The notes: a model not told the origin generated them from the sequence alone. DNA of 64,000 bases from Gemmatimonadota bacterium (GCA_040389905.1 JAZJZK010000004.1:28530-92529), one strand, 5' to 3'; positions 1 to 8,568 are shown, counted from the stretch's first letter. Made by a program: numbers and translations.

Positions 1-738
1 CGCTCCAGGCGCGGCATCGCCGACGCGCTGCGCACGGGTTACCTGAATTCCAGCGGACGGATCCTCGTCTTCTATCCTGCCGATCTCCAATTCAAGCCGG
101 AAGATATTCCACGCCTGGTCGAACCGATTCTCGCGAATCGCGCGGACATGGTGACGGGATTCAAGGAAGGGAAATACGAGAAGGCGTTCGTCTCGAAGAT
201 CTACAACGGGTTGAGCCGCGTGCTGTTCGATATTCCGGTCAAGGACCTCAATTCGGTGAAGGCGTACCGGCGCGAGATCATGGACGGACTTCCCGTTCGT
301 CCTGACTGGCACCGCTTCATGATCGTCATCGCGGCGGAGCAGGGCTTCACCGTTTCCGAGATTCCCGTTCCACTGTATCCGCGGAACGCCGGCCGTTCGA
401 AGTTCGGGCTCTCGCGTATTCCCGTTGGCGTCCTGGACATGCTGTCGGTGTGGTTCGAGCTGAAGTTCGGCAAGAAGCCACTGCTCCTATTCGGAATGCT
501 CGGCGCTGGGCTTTTTCTCGTCGGGGTTCTCGCCGGCGTCTTCGCGCTCGGAGTGCTCGTGCTTACCCACGTCGGACAACGCTGGGCGTGGACCGTCATC
601 ACGACCTGCCTCATTCTCGGCAGCATTCTCTTCGCCACCGGGTTGCTCGGCGAACAGATCGCGGGGTTACGCGCAGAGTTGCGGGAGATGCGACGCCAGC
701 TCGACGAGGCGCGCGCTGAACGCGTGCGAGAGAAGTAG
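1..738 (+). CDS. Glycosyltransferase family 2 (GtrB/ArnC-like), 5'-truncated by the window edge
   Basis: Frame 1 is open from base 1 (RSRRGIADALRTG...VFYPADLQFKPEDIP...DMVTG); GT2 motifs (PR.AG.SKF) and two C-terminal TM helices. Confidence 0.85.
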   Translation, partial: RSRRGIADALRTGYLNSSGRILVFYPADLQFKPEDIPRLVEPILANRADMVTGFKEGKYEKAFVSKIYNGLSRVLFDIPVKDLNSVKAYRREIMDGLPVRPDWHRFMIVIAAEQGFTVSEIPVPLYPRNAGRSKFGLSRIPVGVLDMLSVWFELKFGKKPLLLFGMLGAGLFLVGVLAGVFALGVLVLTHVGQRWAWTVITTCLILGSILFATGLLGEQIAGLRAELREMRRQLDEARAERVREK

Positions 739-741
739 CGG

Positions 742-1908
742 ATGAAAGTACTGTTTTTCACGCACTCGTATCCGCGCAACGACGGTGATGCGGCGGGCTC
801 CTTCGTGCTGCGGCTTGCCGTGGCGCTCGCGAAGGAGGGGGTTGGCGTGCGCGTCGTGGCGCCCGGCGCCGATGGACTCGCGTCGCACGAGGACCTCGGC
901 GGCATTCCGGTCGACCGTTTTCGGTACGCACCGCGTCGCTACGAGACGCTCGCCTATGGCGGGAACATGGCGGCGCAGGTGCGCGACTCATGGTCCGCCC
1001 GTTTTACCCTCGTTGGCTTTCTCGGTGCGGAGTTTCAGTGCGGCGTCAAAGCGCGCCGAGCACAGCAGCCAGATCTCGTGCATGCACACTGGTGGTTCCC
1101 CAATGGCGTCGCTGCGCGGTGGGTCGCCAAACTTGGCGGCATTCCACTCGTGACGACGATGCACGGCACGGACGTCCGCATGGCGCGCAACATCTCCATG
1201 TCGCGTCCCGCGTTCCGGAGTGTGCTTCAGCACTCGGCCGCGGTCACGACCGTTTCGCGCTGGCTCGCCGACGAAGCACAATCGATCGTGAGCACCAAAC
1301 GTCCGATCGTGGCACCGATGCCCGTGGCCACCGAGCTGTTCGACGTCAGCAACACCCAGCGTTCGACTCGGCTGCTGTTCATCGGGCGTTTGATGGCGCA
1401 GAAGGGGCTCGACCTGCTGCTCGATGCGCTCGCGCAACTGCCCGCGGAGATCGAGTTGGACGTGGTGGGCGATGGTCCCGAACGCGCGGCGCTCCAGGCT
1501 CGGGCAGCGTCACTCGGCGTGTCTGCGAGAGTGGCGTGGCACGCTCCGGTGAAGCAGTTCGAATTGCCCCGGTTCTATCAGAGCGCATTGGCCTTGGTCG
1601 TTCCATCGGCACTCGAGGGGCTGGGACTCGTTGGCGTCGAGGCCCAGTTGTGCGAAACGCCAGTCATCGCCTTCGACTCTGGCGGCCTGGCGGACGTTGT
1701 GCAGCACGATCGCACCGGCCTGCTCGTCCATTCGCGCGACGCTGCATCGCTCGCGACGGCGATCGCGGCTCTCTATTCGAGAGCCGACCGCGGCGCGAGC
1801 CTCGGCCAGGCCGGGCGACTGCACGCACTCGCGACCTTTGCTCCGGAGTCCGTGGCCAAGCGGTACATCAGCATCTACGAATCGGCGCTTGGACGCGGTA
1901 CGTCGTAA
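742..1908 (+). CDS. Glycosyltransferase family 4 (GT-B)
   Basis: DLVHAHW, FIGRL..QKG, EGLGLVGVEA (EX7E) motifs. Confidence 0.9.
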   Translation: MKVLFFTHSYPRNDGDAAGSFVLRLAVALAKEGVGVRVVAPGADGLASHEDLGGIPVDRFRYAPRRYETLAYGGNMAAQVRDSWSARFTLVGFLGAEFQCGVKARRAQQPDLVHAHWWFPNGVAARWVAKLGGIPLVTTMHGTDVRMARNISMSRPAFRSVLQHSAAVTTVSRWLADEAQSIVSTKRPIVAPMPVATELFDVSNTQRSTRLLFIGRLMAQKGLDLLLDALAQLPAEIELDVVGDGPERAALQARAASLGVSARVAWHAPVKQFELPRFYQSALALVVPSALEGLGLVGVEAQLCETPVIAFDSGGLADVVQHDRTGLLVHSRDAASLATAIAALYSRADRGASLGQAGRLHALATFAPESVAKRYISIYESALGRGTS

Positions 1909-2839
1909 GCATCTACTGCGGATTGCGGGTTGGGTCGCGGCGACCGTCGTCGTTATTTACGTCGCGAGAAGTCTCGCCGAAGGTTTGCGCCAGCTCGCCA
2001 CGCAACCGATGCCGTCGCGGCCCGGATGGGGCAACATCGCCGCATCCGGTGTCCTGTTCCTGTGCGCGCACGCCGTGCTCGTTCAGACCTGGCGAAGCGT
2101 TCTTTCCTGTTGGGACCAGCGGCTCCCGTTCTGGGGCGCCGCGCGGATCTGGAGCGTATCGAACCTCGGCAAGTATGTGCCGGGGAAGGTGTGGCAGATC
2201 GGCGCCATGAGCGCCATGTCGCGCGGCCTCGGCGTCTCACCCATTGCGGCCTCGGCGGCCGCAATCCTTGGCGCTATCGTCAACGTCATCGCCGGGTTTG
2301 TGATTTCTCTGGCGTGCGGGCGAGTTCTATTGGAGAAGACGCATCCCGGTTGGAGTTCGGCTGCGACGCTGATCGTGAGCGTGTCACTCACGGGCCTTCT
2401 GCTCGCGCCGGTTCTCGTCCCACGCCTGGCCCCAGTGCTGGCGCGGCTCGTGGGGCGCAGGCTCGACACAACCCTTCCGGTGCGTGCCGTTGTCTATTCT
2501 CTCATTGGAAACGTGATTGCGTGGCTGATCTACGGTGCAGCATTTCAGCTGTTGATGATCGGGCTGCTCGGCAGCGCCACCGGTGATTACGCGGCATACC
2601 TCGCGGCGTATACGATCTCCTATCTCGGTGGTTATCTTGCGTTCTTCGCGCCCGCGGGTGTTGGGGTACGCGAGTATTTGATGGGCAGGGTGATCGAGGC
2701 GGCGATGCTCGGCACGGCGCCTCAGGCAGCGTTGATTATGATCGTTTCACGCGTCTGGCTGACGCTTCTCGAGGTCACGCCAGCGTTTATCTTCTGGACG
2801 CACCATCGCTTACAGCCGAGCCCGACGACCATCGACTAA
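1889..2839 (+). CDS. Lysylphosphatidylglycerol synthase TM-like / flippase-like membrane protein
   Basis: Multi-TM protein with GKYVPGKVW and FAPAGVGVRE motifs; TTG start at 1889 inferred, overlapping the upstream gene end. Confidence 0.75.
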   Translation: MDAVRRKHLLRIAGWVAATVVVIYVARSLAEGLRQLATQPMPSRPGWGNIAASGVLFLCAHAVLVQTWRSVLSCWDQRLPFWGAARIWSVSNLGKYVPGKVWQIGAMSAMSRGLGVSPIAASAAAILGAIVNVIAGFVISLACGRVLLEKTHPGWSSAATLIVSVSLTGLLLAPVLVPRLAPVLARLVGRRLDTTLPVRAVVYSLIGNVIAWLIYGAAFQLLMIGLLGSATGDYAAYLAAYTISYLGGYLAFFAPAGVGVREYLMGRVIEAAMLGTAPQAALIMIVSRVWLTLLEVTPAFIFWTHHRLQPSPTTID

Positions 2840-2859
2840 ATGCTGGATGCACCGAATTG

Positions 2860-3582
2860 ATGCCTGAGCGCGCGCTGGTCATCGTCCCGACGTATAACGA
2901 ACGGGAAAACATCGAACGGCTGATCGAGCGGGTCCTTCAGCAGGACGGACGCATCGAGATGCTGATCGTCGATGACGGGTCTCCGGACGGCACCGGTGCG
3001 ACGGTGGATGCGGTCGCGCTGGTCAATCCCCGCGTGCACATCCTGCATCGCGAGAAGAAGATGGGCCTGGGACGGGCCTATCTGGCAGGCTTCGCCTGGG
3101 CACTGGAGCGCGACTACCAGTATGTCCTGGAGATGGATGCTGACTTCTCACATGATCCCATCCACCTCCCGCAGTTTCTCGACGCCATCAAAAACGCCGA
3201 TCTCGTCCTCGGCTCACGCTACCAGCAGGGCCGAGTCACCGTTGTGAACTGGCCGATCGGCCGCCTGCTGCTCAGCTATTGCGCGAACATCTTCGCGCGA
3301 AAGGTGACGGGCCTGCCACTCTGGGATGCCACGGGGGGGTTCAAGTGCTTTCGCAGGTCGGTGCTCGAGGCCATCGACCTTCAGGGCGTCCGTTCCAATG
3401 GCTACGCCTTCCAGATCGAAATGAGCTTCCGGGCGTGGAAAAAGCGCTTCCGGATTGCGGAGATTCCGATTGTCTTTGTGGATCGTTCCGAAGGAACGAG
3501 CAAGATGTCCCGGAACATCCAGATCGAGGCGTTCTGGATGGTGTGGCGCCTGCGGTGGTGGGCGCTGACCGGCGCCGTCTAG
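2860..3582 (+). CDS. Polyprenol-monophosphomannose synthase (Dpm1/Ppm1-like GT2)
   Basis: IVPTYNEREN, VDDGSPDGT, EMDADFSH, DATGGFKCFR, GYAFQIEM, DRSEGTSKM. Confidence 0.9.
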   Translation: MPERALVIVPTYNERENIERLIERVLQQDGRIEMLIVDDGSPDGTGATVDAVALVNPRVHILHREKKMGLGRAYLAGFAWALERDYQYVLEMDADFSHDPIHLPQFLDAIKNADLVLGSRYQQGRVTVVNWPIGRLLLSYCANIFARKVTGLPLWDATGGFKCFRRSVLEAIDLQGVRSNGYAFQIEMSFRAWKKRFRIAEIPIVFVDRSEGTSKMSRNIQIEAFWMVWRLRWWALTGAV

Positions 3583-3606
3583 ACCGAGCTCCAACCAAGC
3601 ACACCG

Positions 3607-4425
3607 ATGCTTCCCAGTGGGCGGGCGTTCTTCAAGATGAGCGGATCCGGAAACGACTTCATCGTCGTGGACGCGATGCGCGAACCGCCGGGCTCGCTCG
3701 GCGAGCCCGAGACGATTCAGGCGCTCTGCGCTCGCGCGACCGGCATCGGCGCCGATGGCATCGTCTTTCTCGAACCATCCGGCGTTGCGGACTTCAGGAT
3801 GACGTACCTGAACAGCGACGGCTCGCCAGCGGACCTCTGTGGAAACGCCTCACTGTGCTCGACGCGGCTTGCCGTCGAGCTCGGTATTGTGACGGGAAGG
3901 GAATTCCGCATGGAGACCGACGCGGGCATTCTCTCGACGCGCCTGATGGAGTTGGCCCCTGAAGTCGATCTCGAAGCGGTGTCCGACGTCCGTCCGAGGC
4001 TGCCAATTCGGCTGGACCCTGGAGAGCACTGGATCGGCTTCGCGCTTGCGGGCGTGCCGCATCTCGTGGTCCGCGTGGATGACGTGGCGGCGGTAGAGGT
4101 CGTCGGTCGCGGCCGTCCGCTGCGACATCACGAGTCGCTGGCCACCGGAGCGAATGTGAATTTCGTGTCGCCAGCAGCTGGCGGCGGCTGGCACATCCGG
4201 ACGTACGAGCGCGGGGTCGAGGGCGAAACGCTGGCCTGCGGAACGGGCTCCGTTGCGACGGCCATCCTTTTGGCGGACGCCGGCGAAGCGGCGGATCGCG
4301 TCGCCATGACGACCAGGTCCGGTCGCGTGTTGAGCGTCCGCCTGGCACGCGAAGGGGCCGCGTGGCGTCCGTCGCTGTCGGGGGAGGCCCGAATCGTGTT
4401 CCTCGGGCAGTTCGGCGAGGGCTGA
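3607..4425 (+). CDS. dapF: Diaminopimelate epimerase
   Basis: KMSGSGNDF, GIGADG, NSDGS..LCGNA, ERGVEGETLACGTG. Confidence 0.95.
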   Translation: MLPSGRAFFKMSGSGNDFIVVDAMREPPGSLGEPETIQALCARATGIGADGIVFLEPSGVADFRMTYLNSDGSPADLCGNASLCSTRLAVELGIVTGREFRMETDAGILSTRLMELAPEVDLEAVSDVRPRLPIRLDPGEHWIGFALAGVPHLVVRVDDVAAVEVVGRGRPLRHHESLATGANVNFVSPAAGGGWHIRTYERGVEGETLACGTGSVATAILLADAGEAADRVAMTTRSGRVLSVRLAREGAAWRPSLSGEARIVFLGQFGEG

Positions 4426-4606
4426 TCGCGCCAGCGAATGCGACAGCAGCTGATCGGTAGGAGTCGTCTGTTGAAATTCTCCCCGAACGTACATTCCGGC
4501 AGCGAAAGTACTTCACATCGCGATGCTAAGTAGCGTAAGCATGGAGCGTTACATCGGCAGCGGTTGGCTGAGTGGGATCAGTTCTCCACAGTTATCCACG
4601 GCCGCT

Positions 4607-4634
4607 AGTTTACATAATACATCTTATACGTACT
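4607..4634 (-). other. dif: dif site (XerC/XerD chromosome dimer resolution site)
   Basis: Minus strand reads AGTACGTATAA-GATGTA-TTATGTAAACT, the 11+6+11 layout of dif (E. coli GGTGCGCATAA-TGTATA-TTATGTTAAAT); it lies in an AT-rich gap between convergent gene blocks. Confidence 0.8.
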
Positions 4635-4703
4635 ATTCCCAACGTCTTCTTATCGCTGCTGGCAGTATGCTGGCAGCCCCCGCTCCACAGTAATCTGCTT
4701 ATG

Positions 4704-4741
4704 TAAAGCAAACGGGCGGACGCCGTTCGTGGCGCCCGCCC
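4704..4741 (-). terminator. Intrinsic terminator downstream of the TPR gene
   Basis: Minus strand GGGCGGGCGCC-ACGAAC-GGCGTCCGCCC followed by GTTTGCTTT. Confidence 0.65.
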
Positions 4742-4765
4742 AATGTCTTCAGAACTGAAAGAGTG

Positions 4766-5422
4766 CTACGCTTTGTTGCCGGCGGCGAGTTCACCGAGCC
4801 GCACGCGCGCTTCCGTGGCGAGCGCCGGGTTATCCGACTGATTCGCCAATCCCTCGAACACCTTCTGCGCCTCGGCACGCTTTCCCGCCGCCAGGTAGGC
4901 TCGACCGGCCTTCGACAGGAGGAAGGTCTTTTCGTTCGTCAGCTTCGTGAGACCGGCCGCCTTTTCATACTGCGCAGCGGCCTCAGCCGTTTTGCCAAGC
5001 TGTTCGAGGGCGTCTCCGAGTAACCCGCCAACCGACGCGGCCGCCGGACCATCCCCCACCTTCGACGCCATCGCCTGCAAGAATGTCAGTGCGCCCTGGT
5101 TGTCGCCCTTCTCCAACCGGAGCTGCCCGATCAGCAAACCGGCCTCTGCGCCCGCCGGCTTGCTCCCGTACTTGTCGTACACCTTCTTCAGATCGGCCTC
5201 CGCCAACGGCGCATTCCCGGAACTCAGCGACTGCTTGGCCACGAGAAGCTGCTTGTCCGAATTGATCGTCTCGTTCATGGCGGTGCGCTGCATGAACCAG
5301 AACACGAACGCGGCGACGACGACCACTCCGCCTCCGATCGTGACTATCCGGGAGTTGACGTGGAACCAGTCGATGAAACTCTCAGCTTTTGGCTGGTCGG
5401 GATCGTGAATCGGGCTCGTCAT
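4766..5422 (-). CDS. Membrane-anchored tetratricopeptide repeat protein (YfgM-like)
   Basis: N-terminal TM helix followed by helical TPR-like repeats. Confidence 0.75.
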   Translation of the reverse strand: MTSPIHDPDQPKAESFIDWFHVNSRIVTIGGGVVVVAAFVFWFMQRTAMNETINSDKQLLVAKQSLSSGNAPLAEADLKKVYDKYGSKPAGAEAGLLIGQLRLEKGDNQGALTFLQAMASKVGDGPAAASVGGLLGDALEQLGKTAEAAAQYEKAAGLTKLTNEKTFLLSKAGRAYLAAGKRAEAQKVFEGLANQSDNPALATEARVRLGELAAGNKA

Positions 5423-5533
5423 TATTGAGGCGTCTCAAGTGCGCGCAGTTGGCGCCGTAGGCGGCGGGATGGAGGCGGATGTGAAGCCATGAAATGTAAT
5501 CGGATCGAGGCGCGAGCGCATTCCCGCGCTGCT

Positions 5534-6661
5534 CTAGGTGGTACCGCCCTCAAGTGAGGAAACCCCGTTCGCCGTCGAGCGGACCCATTGGGTGCCCGCT
5601 CCGATGTAGCCTTTTGCGCGAAGCGGCCGCTGCGGTTCGTAGACAACCTTGATATGGTGAAGCGAGAGAAAGATCGTACTGAGCGAGCGCCGATTGAGGA
5701 CCGCCGATGCCCGAAGCAGTGCGTCCGGCCAGACATCTCGGTGGTTCACCTCGTCCATCCACCCGTTGAACGCGGCGAGCGCCCTGCGCTTTTCAGGAAG
5801 GCACAGACCGTCGCGTTCGAGCTCGGCAAGCCAGACCGGCCAGCGCGGCTCCCGGAAATACGGTGTGGAGAACATCCCTTCGATCCCGATTCGGACAGCG
5901 ACCTCCTCGCCGACATCGAGGTCGAGAAGGAGGACGTCCGGAAGCTGAAAATGACGCTGGATAACCGCCCCCACCGCCGCAAGCGAACCGCGCCAGCCGA
6001 TCCGCGCGAGATACGGGACGATGTCCTCCGCCTTGATGTAGCTCACGACCAACCGCAATGCCGATGATGGCCGCTGCAGCATGGCGCCGACGTGCGTCAC
6101 ACTGGTTCCCGGAGGCTGTTCTGCGACGCACTTCTCGATCGTCGCGCGAGCCCGCGGTGACAAGCGCGCGCCGAGCAGAACGGGAAGCGCATCCTCAGTC
6201 AGCCATGGTCCGAAGGAACTCCCGCCGTCGATTCCCTCTGTCGGCCCAATGAAGACATTGGGTTCCGTTGGCAACTCCGAATCGGACCCATCATCCACGT
6301 CGAACTCCAGCCACATATTGCTCATGGTGCGCTCCAGGGCTGAGCCGGGCGACAACCAGCCGGCCGCGAGTGACTGGATACGTCCCCACGTCGAAGCTCC
6401 GCCGCCGGCTGGAGCGAAGGGATACGCCAGATTCTGTCCCGCGAGTGTTTCGCGCTCGCTCCCCTCCCCTCGAATCAGCACCAGCAAATCGGCGCGCGGC
6501 TCGGGCGAACCCAGCGGGCACTCGAAGCCGACTCGCGCGCTCAGCGTCCCAGGCATGTGGCGACAGATTCCCAATATCCTCGCCATGTTCTCGTGCGAGA
6601 TGAGCGCTGGCTGAATTCGGCCCACCACCGGCCGAAGCATCTGATCGAGTGTCCAGCTCAC
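5534..6661 (-). CDS. Hypothetical RiPP tailoring protein, putative ABBA-fold (aromatic/peptide) prenyltransferase
   Basis: GTG start at 6661 overlaps the cyclase stop (GTGA); motifs GFECPL, WLEFD, LDLDVG..RIGIE, HHIKVVY..AKGY; function inferred from motifs and context. Confidence 0.55.
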   Translation of the reverse strand: MSWTLDQMLRPVVGRIQPALISHENMARILGICRHMPGTLSARVGFECPLGSPEPRADLLVLIRGEGSERETLAGQNLAYPFAPAGGGASTWGRIQSLAAGWLSPGSALERTMSNMWLEFDVDDGSDSELPTEPNVFIGPTEGIDGGSSFGPWLTEDALPVLLGARLSPRARATIEKCVAEQPPGTSVTHVGAMLQRPSSALRLVVSYIKAEDIVPYLARIGWRGSLAAVGAVIQRHFQLPDVLLLDLDVGEEVAVRIGIEGMFSTPYFREPRWPVWLAELERDGLCLPEKRRALAAFNGWMDEVNHRDVWPDALLRASAVLNRRSLSTIFLSLHHIKVVYEPQRPLRAKGYIGAGTQWVRSTANGVSSLEGGTT

Positions 6662-7638
6662 GTCTGCATCGGTTCGGCAACGAAGCGACCGAGCACCGTC
6701 GCAATGGCCTGCGCGCAAACGACGGTGGTGAATACGCGAGCGCCGTAGAATTCAGGCAACATGTCGCGAAAAAAAGTCCCCGTCGCCCAGCCGCCGTCCG
6801 GCTGCTGCCGAGCGAGAAGCCAGTCAGCCGACTCCTCATCGCGCGGCCCTTCCGCGCCGGCGGAGAGCAGCGTCATGACCGCAAGCGCTGTTTCGAGATC
6901 ACTTCCCCACCCGCCATCCGCATGTTGGGTGTGTCGCAGCCATGCGATAATCGGGTTCATTGTGCCTTCCAACTCGGTGACTGCACCTCGCGCGAAGGCA
7001 CGAGCGATCAGGTACGGCACCGCGAAGCGAGCAACGCCCCAACGATTGAGGATGTGGTAGGTCGAGCGTGTTGCAATGTGGTGAAAGAACGCGATCAACC
7101 GTGGATCAGGCCGCTTGAGGAGCCCCTGTAGCAGGAGCACGTTGGCATTGACCATGGAGTCCGGCAGTTCGAAGTCATGGGCGTTGATCTCCGGATCTCG
7201 CCACGTCTTGAATAACCCACATTCGGCGCGCAGGGGCTCGAGCGAGTCGAGCCACGCGTTGGCTTGCGTCGCAATCCTTTCGTCACCTGGATTCGCGACA
7301 AGACGCGCGGCGTAGGAGACGGACGTCGTATCGAGATCCGGGAGACGCTCTGGAAAGGCTGGTCCGAAAAAGCGCCACCATCCATCGGACTCCTGCGTTC
7401 GAGCGAGGTAGGCGTCGGCGCGTCGGAGCATCGGCGTCGCCGCGGGCGCCCGTGGTTCCATCGCCGCGAGTGCATCGGCAACGATCGCGTGAAGGTAGGG
7501 AGACTCGATGCGGCGCGCGCCAACCAGTCGCGGCGCGCTCGACACCTCGGTACGGAAGCCACCATCGGTCGACTGCGCATTCGCGAGAAAGGACAACGCG
7601 CGATCCATTGCATCCGTCAGCTTCGAATGACTCGGCAA
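6658..7638 (-). CDS. Monodomain class II terpene cyclase / prenyltransferase-squalene oxidase repeat protein
   Basis: Four QW-type repeats (AQSTDGGF, TQESDGWW, TQHADGGW, RQQPDGGW) and PDLDTT (DxDD-like) motif; TTG start with AGGAG RBS. Confidence 0.8.
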   Translation of the reverse strand: MPSHSKLTDAMDRALSFLANAQSTDGGFRTEVSSAPRLVGARRIESPYLHAIVADALAAMEPRAPAATPMLRRADAYLARTQESDGWWRFFGPAFPERLPDLDTTSVSYAARLVANPGDERIATQANAWLDSLEPLRAECGLFKTWRDPEINAHDFELPDSMVNANVLLLQGLLKRPDPRLIAFFHHIATRSTYHILNRWGVARFAVPYLIARAFARGAVTELEGTMNPIIAWLRHTQHADGGWGSDLETALAVMTLLSAGAEGPRDEESADWLLARQQPDGGWATGTFFRDMLPEFYGARVFTTVVCAQAIATVLGRFVAEPMQT

Positions 7639-7764
7639 TCTCGACTCCTGACTCGCGCGCTGTGCACGCGGTGTGATCTACTACATTGAATTGTCGCGAA
7701 TGGCGAACTAACGTTGGCCCGACAGAAACGAACGTCAAGCCGCCATAAGCTCTGAGGTACAGTC

Positions 7765-8085
7765 ATGGACGACAAGGTACAATCGCGGAAAGATCTGGAA
7801 GCGAAACTCGTCGAGCTCGCACAAAAGGACGAGCAGTTCGCAGAAGCCCTTCGTCGCAATCCTCGCGCGGCGATCGAAAAGGAAATCGGCGCGCTACCCG
7901 AAGGCATGAACGTGAAGGTCATCGAAGAAGACGCAAACACCTTCTACCTGATCCTCCCACCGGCGGAGCAGACCGGCGACTTCGCCCTCTCCGAGGAAGA
8001 TCTCGCTTCGGTCGCGGGTGGATTGGGTGGACATACGGCAACGTGCTGTGGGTGCGTCGGCACGAACTGGCCGAAGTCAAAGTAA
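7765..8085 (+). CDS. NHLP-leader RiPP precursor 1 (core LGGHTATCCGCVGTNWPKSK)
   Basis: Leader motifs A.KDEQF...L..NPRAAIE, VKVIEE..NTFYLILP, LSEEDLASVAGG; GAGG RBS. Confidence 0.92.
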   Translation: MDDKVQSRKDLEAKLVELAQKDEQFAEALRRNPRAAIEKEIGALPEGMNVKVIEEDANTFYLILPPAEQTGDFALSEEDLASVAGGLGGHTATCCGCVGTNWPKSK

Positions 8086-8095
8086 CTGGCTCGCG

Positions 8096-8132
8096 CGAAC
8101 GCTCCCCAAATCGGGGGCGCGCTCGTTTTTTT
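8096..8132 (+). terminator. Intrinsic terminator-like hairpin after precursor 1
   Basis: CGCTCCC-CAAATC-GGGGGCG stem followed by a T7 tract at 8126-8132. Confidence 0.6.
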
Positions 8133-8185
8133 CTCGGCGTCGTATTCGCGCTCGCGCGCCGCCCCACACCTTCAGAGGCACAGTC

Positions 8186-8500
8186 ATGGACGAAAAAGTA
8201 CAGTCGAGAAAGGATCTGGAAGCGAAACTCGTCGAGCTCGCACAGAAGGACGAGCAGTTCGCGGAAGCCCTTCGCCGCAATCCTCGCGCTGCGATCGAGA
8301 AGGAGATCGGCGCGCTACCCGAAGGCATGAACGTCAAGGTCATCGAGGAAGACGCCAACACCTTCTATCTCATTCTTCCGCCCTCCGAGGAAACGGGCGA
8401 CTTTGCGCTCTCAGAGGAAGATCTCGCCTCGGTCGCAGGTGGTGCACACACGGCAAGCTGCTGTGGCTGCACCGGCACGAACTGGCCGCAGTCGAAGTAA
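8186..8500 (+). CDS. NHLP-leader RiPP precursor 2 (core AHTASCCGCTGTNWPQSK)
   Basis: ATG at 8186 with GAGG RBS; 86-aa leader nearly identical to precursor 1, ending VAGG. Confidence 0.92.
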   Translation: MDEKVQSRKDLEAKLVELAQKDEQFAEALRRNPRAAIEKEIGALPEGMNVKVIEEDANTFYLILPPSEETGDFALSEEDLASVAGGAHTASCCGCTGTNWPQSK

Positions 8501-8520
8501 CCGACTCTCATGCCGATGGT

Positions 8521-8560
8521 GCGGGCGCGCTCCCACAGCGGGGGCGCGCCCGTTGCTTTT
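8521..8560 (+). terminator. Hairpin terminator between precursor 2 and the convergent lanM
   Basis: 14-bp stem GCGGGCGCGCTCCC-ACAGC-GGGGGCGCGCCCGT followed by TGCTTTT. Confidence 0.7.
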
Positions 8561-8568
8561 CGCCGCCG

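Noticed and set aside
4426..4765. Possible oriC (AT-rich, DnaA-box-like motifs)
   Set aside because: Only two or three imperfect boxes, no dnaA/dnaN/gidA nearby, genes converge rather than diverge, and a dif site is present
5423..5533. attR copy of the tRNA-Arg 3' end
   Set aside because: No convincing match to TACCCTCGGGCGGACTCGAACC was found by eye
6658..7638. Squalene-hopene cyclase for hopanoid synthesis
   Set aside because: About half the length of SHC, lacks DxDD, and no hpn genes are nearby
7670..7720. CRP-like (TGTGA...) and sigma54-like (TGGC...) motifs in the divergent promoter
   Set aside because: The second half-site and the -24/-12 spacing do not fit the consensus
8018..8185. 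N-terminal extension of precursor 2 in the ORF track
   Set aside because: It overlaps precursor 1 and its terminator; ATG 8186 has the same RBS context as precursor 1
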